NCBI GenBank assembly: GCA_021807125.1
Contig: JAKAPK010000002.1
Location: forward strand, 140,253 to 204,252
Length of the DNA: 64,000 bases
Source: Nanobdellota archaeon
GTDB taxonomy: Archaea; Nanobdellota; Nanobdellia; Parvarchaeales; Parvarchaeaceae
Direction: 5' to 3'
A program made the position numbers and the translations under genes. Positions 45,489-54,217 of this stretch are shown piece by piece. The notes beneath the pieces were generated by a model. The model was not told the origin of the DNA. It saw only the letters and a program-made list of their open reading frames with translations, and searched no databases. Each line of letters starts with the position of its first letter. Within the stretch, counting starts at the first letter, position 1.

Positions 45489-48388
45489 GGACTGTATGGT
45501 TGCTAAAAATTTTGACCTATTAGTAATCGTACGCTGAAAACCTCGGCTTTCGCCTTAGTTCTTACACGTCGATTCTATCAACGGGGTCTTCTTCCCCCGG
45601 CCTTAACGGTGCCTCTTTTTACGGAGGGTTTCAAGCTTAGATGCATTCAGCTCTTATCCCTTAACGCGTGGCAACGCGGCGTGCCCTGTCGGACAACCGC
45701 TAACTAGAGGCGTCGACTCGCTGTTCCTTTCGTACTAGTCGAATCTTCCATTCAAGCACCGAACACCTCCACTAGTTAAATACCGGCCTGCCTCGCGGCG
45801 GCCTGAACTCAGCTCACGGTCCCCTTTAACCAGTGAACACCTGTACCCTTGGCTGCTTATGCACAACCAGGATGGGAAGAGCCAAAGACTGTGGAGCAAG
45901 CTGCGAAGTCAATATGAACTATCATCCGCAACAACTCTCTTACGCCCAGGGTAGCTTTTCTGTCATACGAAGGAATCAAAAAGATACGCATTCGTGTTCG
46001 CTATGCCCGGCTTTCGCCTCTGTGCGCCTTGCTATGCAGCGCGCAGTCAAGCCATCTTTTGCCATTGCACTTAACAGCGGATTTCTATACCGCTTAAGAT
46101 GACCTTTGGGCTCCCATGATATCTTTTCGTGGGATTGCCACCCCAGCAAAACTGCCCATCTCCTGCTGTTCCCAGCGGGTAAGCGATATAAAACAGCGAA
46201 GGTAGTGTTACACTTTCGACTATCCCGCCCCCGAAAGAGCGGACATAACGTCTCCTACCTACTCTATGTTCGTTATTTTAGTACCGCAACAAGAGACTGC
46301 AGTAAAGTTCCTGGGGTCTTTTTGACCCAGTGGAGGTCCCTGGCCTTTGCACCAGGACGGTAGTTTCGCGGGTTTCCAAGTAGGGACAGTGGGAATCTCA
46401 TTACATCGTTCACAAGCCAACAATCAATTGGCAATGGATTATGCTTGCTTAAGAAGGTCACAGTTACCTCCGCCGCTAACAGGTCCTTATATCCGTTGGA
46501 ACGAACTTTCGGATACCTGTGCTGGGCAGATGTCGCCGGCTGTACTAAAGATTGCTCTCTCGCAGCCAGCTATGCCTTTGGTAAACAGTTAGACTCCCCT
46601 TGTCACTGCGCCCTGATTTAGCTTTTTAGACCAAACCAGGGATCCTTTCTCGCGAACTTACAGGACTAATTTGCCGATTTCCCTTACTCGGTTTAAAACC
46701 CACACCTTAGCCTTCTTAGCCAGCGCACCTGTGTCAGTTTTCGGTACGGTCACTGTGGCCCATAACTGATAATTTTTCATGGGGACAAAGAATCTACGGA
46801 CGTATTGCTACGTTATACAAACTTCCGCATCTTCTCGACATTACGTCTCTCGAATGCGTCGAAAGTATATGTGATCTGACAGGACCACTCCGCATATCTC
46901 TATCCGTATACCAGATAAGACCACCGTGGTTGTGGGATATTAACCACATTCCCATTTGTCGAGCACCTTTCGATGCAAAACTTAGGACCGACTAACCCTT
47001 GTTAGATAAGCTTAAACAAGGAACCCTTGCGCATGCGGTGGAAGGGATTCTCACCCTTCTATTTGCTACACCTCGCAGGCTTCTCAATACCTAAAGATCC
47101 AGTTCTCCTCACGAAGAACCTTCTAGTCCATAGGCACGCCCCTCTACCATCTCCTTTTGGGAGATCATGAGTTTCGGCAGTCTGCTTAGCCCCGTCCATT
47201 TTAGGGTCATCAAATCTAGGTTGGTAAGTTATAACACACTTTTTAAAGGATGGCCACTTCTGAGCCTACCTCCCAACTGTTTTAGAATTAATTTCCCTTC
47301 TACGCACTTAGTAGACATTTAAGGGCCTTAACTCATGGCCAGGTTTTTTCCTTTGAGGTATACAACTTTACGCCATATACCCAACTTATACACTATGCCG
47401 TATTGGTATTCTGAGTTTGACTGTGCAGTGGGACCTTTCGGTCCCCACCTGCATAATCAGTATCTTTACCCCCAACAAAGCAGCGTATAAGCTATCCTGT
47501 GGGATATTTCGAGGGGAACCAGCTATCGCCGCGTACGATTGGTTTTTCGCCCCTATACGCATATCAACGGAGGAGATAGTTCCCCACCCGGTCGGGCCTC
47601 CATGGGGAGTAATCCCCACTTCGCCCTGCACACGTATAGATCACGCGGCTTCGGGTATTATACACATGACTAGCGGCAGTTTCCTACCGACATCGTTAGA
47701 CGATGTTCGCTTTCGCTTCGACTTCCCTTTTCGGTTAGCCTTGCCATGTACATAAACTCCCTGCCCCTTTATGCTAAAAGGATGTTGCAACACTTGAGCG
47801 CACTTATTTATTCATGCGTTCACAACGCGCCGCAACAACTATGACTACCAGATTTCAGGATCTTTTTACCCTCTCGTCGAGAGTGCTTTTCAACATTCGC
47901 TCACGCTACTATACTCTATCGGTTTCGGGACGTATTTAGAGTTGGATGTTTTTGCCACCCATATTCGCAGAAGAGTCTCGACCTCTGCTACTCAACGCGA
48001 TGATTATGTAATTAAAACTTACGAGGCTGTCACTCTCTTTGGCATGACATTCCAGTCAACTTTGATTTTTCTTACACAATCATTTACCGCACCACATCTT
48101 CGCATTGCTGCGAATTCGGATCGCTCTCTTCCCTTTTCGCTCGCCGTTACTAAGGGAATCTTTATTAATTTCTTTTCCTGCAGGTACTAAAATGTTTTAA
48201 TTCCCTGCGTTCCTCTTCCCATCTTGCGACGGGAATCCGTGCATACGCACGGGCTTCACGCATTCAGAAACGACGTGATCGACAGCCGTGTGCGCCTACC
48301 ACGTCATTATCGCAACTTGCTGCGTCCTTCTTCAGCGCCCGAACCAAGTCATCCCTCTGGTAGCTTGGTGTAGACAACCATACAGTCC
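45489..48388 (-). rRNA. rrl: 23S rRNA (unlinked)
   Basis: Domain order recognisable, with P-loop CUGGGG, A-loop UGUUC, sarcin-ricin AGUACGAAAGGA and AAGACCCC; ends bracketed by a perfect 14-bp inverted repeat; about 2.9 kb. Confidence 0.97.
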
Positions 48389-48490
48389 TCATCAATATGC
48401 AAAATGCATACCTATGACACTTGCTCCTTTATAGTCTTGTATAAAGAAGTGCATTTGAAGTTTTGATAAGTAATATTAAAGTTGATAAGG

Positions 48491-48504
48491 TTTATAAGCT
48501 TTCC
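48491..48504 (-). promoter_or_regulatory. Probable BRE/TATA promoter of the 23S gene
   Basis: GGAAAGCTTATAAA on the minus strand about 100 nt upstream of the terminal helix. Confidence 0.55.
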
Positions 48505-48552
48505 TATTACAGCACTGAATAACAAAGTAGTTACTCGCGACATGTGAAAAAC

Positions 48553-49044
48553 TCAACCGCGCGGTTTTTTGAATCGTTTGATGTATTTTGAGAATGGTTC
48601 TAAACCTACTTCCTTCCTACGTTTGTCCAAGTTTTTAGGATCCACTAAGTTCCCATAAACAAATTTCTTGTTCTTCCAATCTGCCGGTCTCATCGAAACC
48701 TGAGTTCCATAAACCTGCGGTAGGTTTTTATTCGTTCTTACGCGATCCGTAAGATATGCAACGTTTCTTTTGTCAGCTTCACCCATTTTAGCCAGCTTTT
48801 CTAAAAGCTTAAGACAGTCGTCTTGAAATTTAACGTCGTCATCGGCGTGCTGCACTATCAGCCATGCATCTCCAGCGCCATCTTTGCCAACGAGGGTTTT
48901 TGTAGGAAAGTCATATTTGCGGATTATGCGCTTTAATTTTTTTCTATTTTCATTGTCGATTTCATACATTTTGTCCATCAGTTTTCTTACTTTCTGGTCC
49001 TTTTGCACCATCTTTTTAAGTTGAGCCGCAAGTATATGATTCAT
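48553..49044 (-). CDS. DUF6624-like protein
   Basis: MVKKDQKVR, AWLIVQHAD, AYLTDRV and PQVYGTQ pattern. Confidence 0.75.
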   Translation of the reverse strand: MNHILAAQLKKMVQKDQKVRKLMDKMYEIDNENRKKLKRIIRKYDFPTKTLVGKDGAGDAWLIVQHADDDVKFQDDCLKLLEKLAKMGEADKRNVAYLTDRVRTNKNLPQVYGTQVSMRPADWKNKKFVYGNLVDPKNLDKRRKEVGLEPFSKYIKRFKKPRG

Positions 49045-49077
49045 TATACATAGTGATTAGCATCGTTTAAATTGGTT

Positions 49078-49521
49078 TTAAGGATTATAATAATATCTCA
49101 TAGCTACGCTAAGTATACCATGCTCGGTCGAGACAAAATGCTGCTCTATTCCAAATCGTTTGCCAAGCGCTCGTCCGAACCTTTTAAGAGCTGGAATATC
49201 CTCTGGACAGGCGTCAGCGTCTGGGATTAAGTACAATGCTGTCTTGGGTTTGTTTGGATCCTCTACCGGTCTTAAGCCGAATAAGTACATTCTTCCTAAC
49301 TTCACCTTGCCGGCATATTCGTTTGTTCCTTCGTAATATATATCCTGTAATATTTCATACCTTGCCGAATTTTCCCGTCTACCGTCCTCTCTGAATGTGC
49401 GCATGTGCATTCTGCGGGCCATTGCGAATCTTCTTAACTCTAATTCGAGCGGACTAAACTCATAATTATGGCTTTGCTCATTTTTCTCTATCACTTTATT
49501 TCCATCGCAGTAATTTTCCAT
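49078..49521 (-). CDS. Hypothetical protein (147 aa)
   Basis: ORF track; BRE/TATA AGAAATCTTTATATAT upstream. Confidence 0.65.
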   Translation of the reverse strand: MENYCDGNKVIEKNEQSHNYEFSPLELELRRFAMARRMHMRTFREDGRRENSARYEILQDIYYEGTNEYAGKVKLGRMYLFGLRPVEDPNKPKTALYLIPDADACPEDIPALKRFGRALGKRFGIEQHFVSTEHGILSVAMRYYYNP

Positions 49522-49667
49522 ATTCTCTTAGTTATATAAGAAACCAACAAATATATAAAGATTTCTATTTTATAGTAGTAATTTAGATAAAATAATTGAG
49601 CTTATAATATTTAAATAGGAGCGCAATCATATATGATAATATAATTATAACGCTTAAATGGTAAATT

Positions 49668-49763
49668 ATGCGAAGAAAGAGTAAGATGCTTTTAGAGGAT
49701 AGAGAGACAGATAATCCAGATGAAGATTACGAAATAGAAAGAGACGAATCCTTATTTAACTAG
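49668..49763 (+). CDS. Small basic-head/acidic-tail ORF, 31 aa
   Basis: MRRKSKMLLEDRETDNPDEDYEIERDESLFN*; fills the gap up to the convergent peptidase stop. Confidence 0.4.
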   Translation: MRRKSKMLLEDRETDNPDEDYEIERDESLFN

Positions 49764-49765
49764 AC

Positions 49766-50614
49766 TCAAACCTGAGCTGAAAATGAAGATAATAACATAG
49801 ACAGTAGTGGATTGCCTAATATAACGGTTATAAGCGCGCCTAAAAATATACCCGGAACAAACGGCAACCCTGTTTTTACAAGAACTTCTTTAAGTCCTGC
49901 TTTTTTCAATTTTTGTATGTCTTCTTCCACTAATCCTATGTTTCTTCGACCGATTATTTTATCTCCTTTGCTATCTAAAACATCCGAAGCAAGCCAGTCT
50001 CCTTCTGTCAGTTTTGACACTGGCACGTTCATGAACATCAGATTTTCGGCTATTATGTATATATATCTCATCGAAAGAAATATCACGCCTGCGAATGCAG
50101 CAAGAAAATTTATGGGTTCGGGTAAATAAGTCAGTAGATAATACATTATTACTGCACCAGAAACCAAAATAGCTGCGTCGTACAAATGCAAAAATTTAAT
50201 TAGTTTCTTGAATCGTATCACGCCCAGTGCAATCGTACCAAACAAGCCGTACAAACCTCCGAAAATCAGCACATTTATAAACAGACTTATGAAGGACGAA
50301 TTGTTAGACCAGGATAGAGATGTGAATACTGTGCTTAACCCGAGCATAAGCTTAACGTCGCCACCGCCCCATTGTCCTGCCCTATACATTGCATATGAGA
50401 ATCCAAAAAGCACGCCAGTCGCAATCGGCATAAAAATTATCTGTGAGAAAGACGAGAAAAAAGCCGCGTTTATTGCCTGCAATATCAATCCGCCAATGAT
50501 AAGGATATAACTGAGTGTATCTGGAACTTCCCTTGATTTTATGTCAAAATATGAAGCCAAAAAAAGTATAACAAGAGAAAATACTAATATTAATTCTAGT
50601 GAATAATACGTCAT
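49766..50614 (-). CDS. Prepilin/preflagellin peptidase (A24 family)
   Basis: ASYFDIKSREVPD and WGGGDVK catalytic aspartates; C-terminal GLPFVPGI; multi-TM. Confidence 0.92.
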   Translation of the reverse strand: MTYYSLELILVFSLVILFLASYFDIKSREVPDTLSYILIIGGLILQAINAAFFSSFSQIIFMPIATGVLFGFSYAMYRAGQWGGGDVKLMLGLSTVFTSLSWSNNSSFISLFINVLIFGGLYGLFGTIALGVIRFKKLIKFLHLYDAAILVSGAVIMYYLLTYLPEPINFLAAFAGVIFLSMRYIYIIAENLMFMNVPVSKLTEGDWLASDVLDSKGDKIIGRRNIGLVEEDIQKLKKAGLKEVLVKTGLPFVPGIFLGALITVILGNPLLSMLLSSFSAQV

Positions 50615-51349
50615 ATGCTATACTTAATTGGTACCGGTATTTATTACTTAACGGATATACCGCTCAGAGCCGTGAATATTCTAAAAGAATGCGATGAAAT
50701 TTATTTTGAAAGATATACAAATCTTAACGATATATCGTACAAGCCGCGTTTGGAAGAAGAAATAAAAAAGAAGATAATAGCCCTTTCTAGAGAAGAAGTT
50801 GAAAGCGATTTTTTAATAAAACGGGCGAAGGAAAAAATTGTCGCTTTTTTAGTGCCTGGCGATCCTTTGGCTGCGACTACCGATATAACGCTTGTAAAGG
50901 AATGTATCGACGCTGGCATTAAGTATAAAGTGGTGCACGCGTCCAGCATCTTTTCCGCGATATCTGAAAGCGGATTATCCCTTTACAGATTCGGTGCGAC
51001 TGCTAGTATACCTATATATAGTGAAAACTTCAAGCCGGAAAGCTTTTTTGATATTATAGAGAAGAACATATCTGCAGGCCTGCATACTCTCGTGTTACTG
51101 GAGGCAAAAAGCGAAACTGAGTTCTTAGAATATGAAGGGGCGGTCAAGATACTAAAGAGCATCGAAGATAAAAGAGATAAGCATATAATTGCTTGGGATG
51201 ACGTTATAGTGCTGTCTAGAATCGGAAGCGAGGATCAAAGATTTATCAAACTATCAAACGAGCAAGTATCTCTGAAACCCCCTGTATCCCTTGTAATACC
51301 GGCGAATATCAGTAAAAACGAAAAAGAATTCATAGATAGTCTTTATTAA
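50615..51349 (+). CDS. dph5: Diphthine synthase
   Basis: MLYLIGTG, ERYT, PGDPLAATT, ASSIFSA, YRFGATASI, LHTLVLL. Confidence 0.92.
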   Translation: MLYLIGTGIYYLTDIPLRAVNILKECDEIYFERYTNLNDISYKPRLEEEIKKKIIALSREEVESDFLIKRAKEKIVAFLVPGDPLAATTDITLVKECIDAGIKYKVVHASSIFSAISESGLSLYRFGATASIPIYSENFKPESFFDIIEKNISAGLHTLVLLEAKSETEFLEYEGAVKILKSIEDKRDKHIIAWDDVIVLSRIGSEDQRFIKLSNEQVSLKPPVSLVIPANISKNEKEFIDSLY

Positions 51350-51352
51350 GAT

Positions 51353-52234
51353 TCACTGGATTGATACTGAGACTGGCAATGAAGTTACACAATATTCGTA
51401 TCCTGCAGTTATATTTAGGCTATTATCAGAATAGAAACCCCCTTGTGGCGTTGTGTTCGGTATACCAATATATAATGGGATATTTATTGAACCGAATTGT
51501 ATAAAGGCGGAATTCGCGCCTTGTTGCGTGATATTTATGTTAGTGTCATAATATGGCCCCCACAATCCTGATGGAGCGATAAGCTGAAGAGAAAGAGACG
51601 CGTGCCCGTTTATTGCAATGTCTAGCCATTTAAGAGTACCGTTTTTAACGTTGCCAACGGTAGATGCTGCGGCAACGCCGACATAGAGCGTTTGATTGCG
51701 TTTTGTTGGGTATGCCTGAAACACCGGATTAAAACCATTAAGAGATATGCTCAAAGGAGCTATGCCAAATGTCGGTGAACTAGTAGGCACTGACCCCGTA
51801 AACGTGGCATTCTTTATAGTGAAAGGATAATAAGCATGCGATGTCGCATTAAAACACGCAGTAACTTGTATCTGGCATGACGCCTGAGAAGGCGAAGAAA
51901 ACGACCATGATAACGTGCTCGAAGCATTAGGGAAAATAGAAACGTCTTTTGACGAAGCCGTTATGAACGGGCACCCATACGGTATGGCAGACACTGTGAC
52001 TGGAACGGTCCAACTGTTCGATATCTGTGCTATAAATGAGAAGTTCTGGTTTGTATACACTGACGGGGATGACAAGGAACCGCTTACTGAGATCGGTACG
52101 GGTGAACTGGGTGTTCCGCTCTGACTTGTTCCGATCGGAAATGATAGATAACCTTCAAAATACAAAAATCCTATGACTACCACTGCAAGTATTATTATAA
52201 GAAATACGCCAGCCGACTGACCACTATGATTCAT
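51353..52234 (-). CDS. Pilin-like N-anchored surface protein, paralogue 4 (293 aa)
   Basis: MNHSGQSAG plus hydrophobic helix; two beta-rich domains, APLSI linker, terminal GYEY strand. Confidence 0.7.
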   Translation of the reverse strand: MNHSGQSAGVFLIIILAVVVIGFLYFEGYLSFPIGTSQSGTPSSPVPISVSGSLSSPSVYTNQNFSFIAQISNSWTVPVTVSAIPYGCPFITASSKDVSIFPNASSTLSWSFSSPSQASCQIQVTACFNATSHAYYPFTIKNATFTGSVPTSSPTFGIAPLSISLNGFNPVFQAYPTKRNQTLYVGVAAASTVGNVKNGTLKWLDIAINGHASLSLQLIAPSGLWGPYYDTNINITQQGANSAFIQFGSINIPLYIGIPNTTPQGGFYSDNSLNITAGYEYCVTSLPVSVSIQ

Positions 52235-52269
52235 ATAATAAGATGCACTAGTATAGAATTAATAGTTTC

Positions 52270-53244
52270 TTATTGACAGCTTATCGAAGGGCCTAATTCC
52301 GAGAAGAAATAGTTATAAGTGGTTGTCACATTTACTATGTTCTCCGACGTTACACCGCCTATGTTCTTTGCGGTTACAACCAGTGCTAATCCTGAATTAG
52401 GCAATAATGATAGTTGCACGTTATTTAGAGTGTATTGTAACACGGACGGGTTCGAAGTTGAAGCTACAAGATTAATGTTCTGACCGTTATACTGCAGAAA
52501 CGCGCTGCTTATTTGTCCGCTGCTGTTGCTCAGAGACACTTCGAGTGAAGACAACTGGTTATTGGCTGCACTTGGAGAGAATCCGCTTGAGGTGGTTGGC
52601 TCTTTAGTCGTCGCGCCTACTGGTAAATTTGGCGAAACAAGGATATTGAGCGTATTTGGAGATGTTTGCTGTTGATTTTGGGACACACCAGTTACTATTT
52701 GTATAGGCGAAGCAGATAAGGACATCAGTTCCTGGTTTGAAAAGCCTGTAGCTGAGTTAGGGATAAGATCTGAAGCCGTGCCTGTCGGATACGTCACTAT
52801 GGAGCTAGTTATTGTCTGCGAAAACCCTGAAACGAGGAATGAAAACACTGAATTAGAATTTGCCGGAGCATTGAGACACGTTGTGTTAAACGCGACTGTC
52901 GCTACGCTCTGCATGTCTTTTGGAAGCGATAATGAAACTGTGCTAGGCGAGACCGATATCGAGTTCACCTGACTTACATTAACGACGGCGACCATGTTCA
53001 TCGCTTCGGAATATGGATTGAAGTAAGTAAGGACCATCTGTGTTGACCTTCCAGCTAACACTGAAGAGGACTGTATTGACGGTAAAACACTGAATTCCCC
53101 GGGATTACCGCTTCCGCCAGGACCTCCACTACCTGGAATCAAATTAGATAAGTTTGGTGATAAATAAAGGAAAGCTACAGCAACGATTAATACAAGGATC
53201 AGAACCAATACCATTCCGCTGTTTGCAGCTATTTTATTGGACAT
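52270..53244 (-). CDS. N-anchored surface protein, paralogue 3 (324 aa)
   Basis: N-terminal hydrophobic helix; Ser/Asn/Thr-rich beta domains; terminal TYNY strand. Confidence 0.7.
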   Translation of the reverse strand: MSNKIAANSGMVLVLILVLIVAVAFLYLSPNLSNLIPGSGGPGGSGNPGEFSVLPSIQSSSVLAGRSTQMVLTYFNPYSEAMNMVAVVNVSQVNSISVSPSTVSLSLPKDMQSVATVAFNTTCLNAPANSNSVFSFLVSGFSQTITSSIVTYPTGTASDLIPNSATGFSNQELMSLSASPIQIVTGVSQNQQQTSPNTLNILVSPNLPVGATTKEPTTSSGFSPSAANNQLSSLEVSLSNSSGQISSAFLQYNGQNINLVASTSNPSVLQYTLNNVQLSLLPNSGLALVVTAKNIGGVTSENIVNVTTTYNYFFSELGPSISCQ

Positions 53245-53283
53245 AATTAATTATTGGGAATACGACTATTTAAAGTTGACAAT

Positions 53284-54216
53284 TCAAGGTTGAGTATCGA
53301 ACGATACTGGGTAAAATCCATCCTCTTCATATGTATAACTCACTGACATTTGTATCTGAGAGCTAACATATGGTATGCTGTTTGAAGTTAGATAATTGTA
53401 TTCCGTGTTATTGAGCGTAAAGGTTAAAGCTGGTAATTGTGCTGTATTTGCGCCTACGGTCTGGTTTATGGAATAAGTATCCGTGAGCGACGTTGAGTTT
53501 ACGAGTTTAAATTCCGTAGGAACGTTTACAAAGTTTACTATCGCTTTTTCTATTGTTATATAAACCGTTGCGTTTCCTAATATTATTCCATTTCCTATGT
53601 CATTCAGGCTCACTATGAATTGGCCATCGGCAAGCTGTCCGCCGCTCCCATATAATACTGGTTGGGATTGTGTAGTACTGCTTATCTCCAAAGGACCTGC
53701 TGTTTGACCCGATGAAGACAGGGATGGTGCGGGATAACTAGTCGAAGAAGAAGATGCAAATTCAACAGATTGCTGTGCACCTGTCGAATAGGAGAACGTA
53801 AGGTAATAACCTATATACTGAGCATACGGTATGTTTCCATACTGGCTGGCTGAAGGCGCCTTTAAGAAGAATTTTTCTGGTAACGTGGACCCTGACGCTA
53901 AACTAAGTATGCTTAGGCATGTATTTGAAGTATTGGCGACGAGCCCCAAATCGTCCAGGCAAAAAAGAACGTTGTTTGCATTATTGCCGTTAAGATTGTT
54001 TGATATACTGAATGTCGCTACAAATGTGGAGCCTGCTGATACTTGCGAAGGTATATCTACGGCCGACACTATTACTCCCTGTGAAAGAGGACCATTGTAT
54101 CTGCTAGATCCTGCGTTCAAAAACGATGGAAGCACGAAGAATATCACGACTATAAAGACTCCTATCACTATAAGTACCAAAAGTGCATTCTGTCCTTTTT
54201 TATTAAGTTTTTCCAT
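53284..54216 (-). CDS. Pilin-like surface protein, paralogue 2 (310 aa)
   Basis: KKGQ class III cleavage motif plus hydrophobic helix; GPLEI linker; terminal SYTY strand. Confidence 0.75.
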   Translation of the reverse strand: MEKLNKKGQNALLVLIVIGVFIVVIFFVLPSFLNAGSSRYNGPLSQGVIVSAVDIPSQVSAGSTFVATFSISNNLNGNNANNVLFCLDDLGLVANTSNTCLSILSLASGSTLPEKFFLKAPSASQYGNIPYAQYIGYYLTFSYSTGAQQSVEFASSSSTSYPAPSLSSSGQTAGPLEISSTTQSQPVLYGSGGQLADGQFIVSLNDIGNGIILGNATVYITIEKAIVNFVNVPTEFKLVNSTSLTDTYSINQTVGANTAQLPALTFTLNNTEYNYLTSNSIPYVSSQIQMSVSYTYEEDGFYPVSFDTQP

Positions 54217-54217
54217 A

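Noticed and set aside
45833-48190. Seven ORFs of 60-112 aa in both orientations
   Set aside because: All lie inside the 23S rRNA gene; no homing-endonuclease motif, and total gene length of about 2.9 kb leaves no room for an intron ORF.
48385-48400. UGAUGA (C-box-like) just 5' of the 23S terminal helix
   Set aside because: No matching CUGA D-box nearby on the 3' flank, so a K-turn is not supported.
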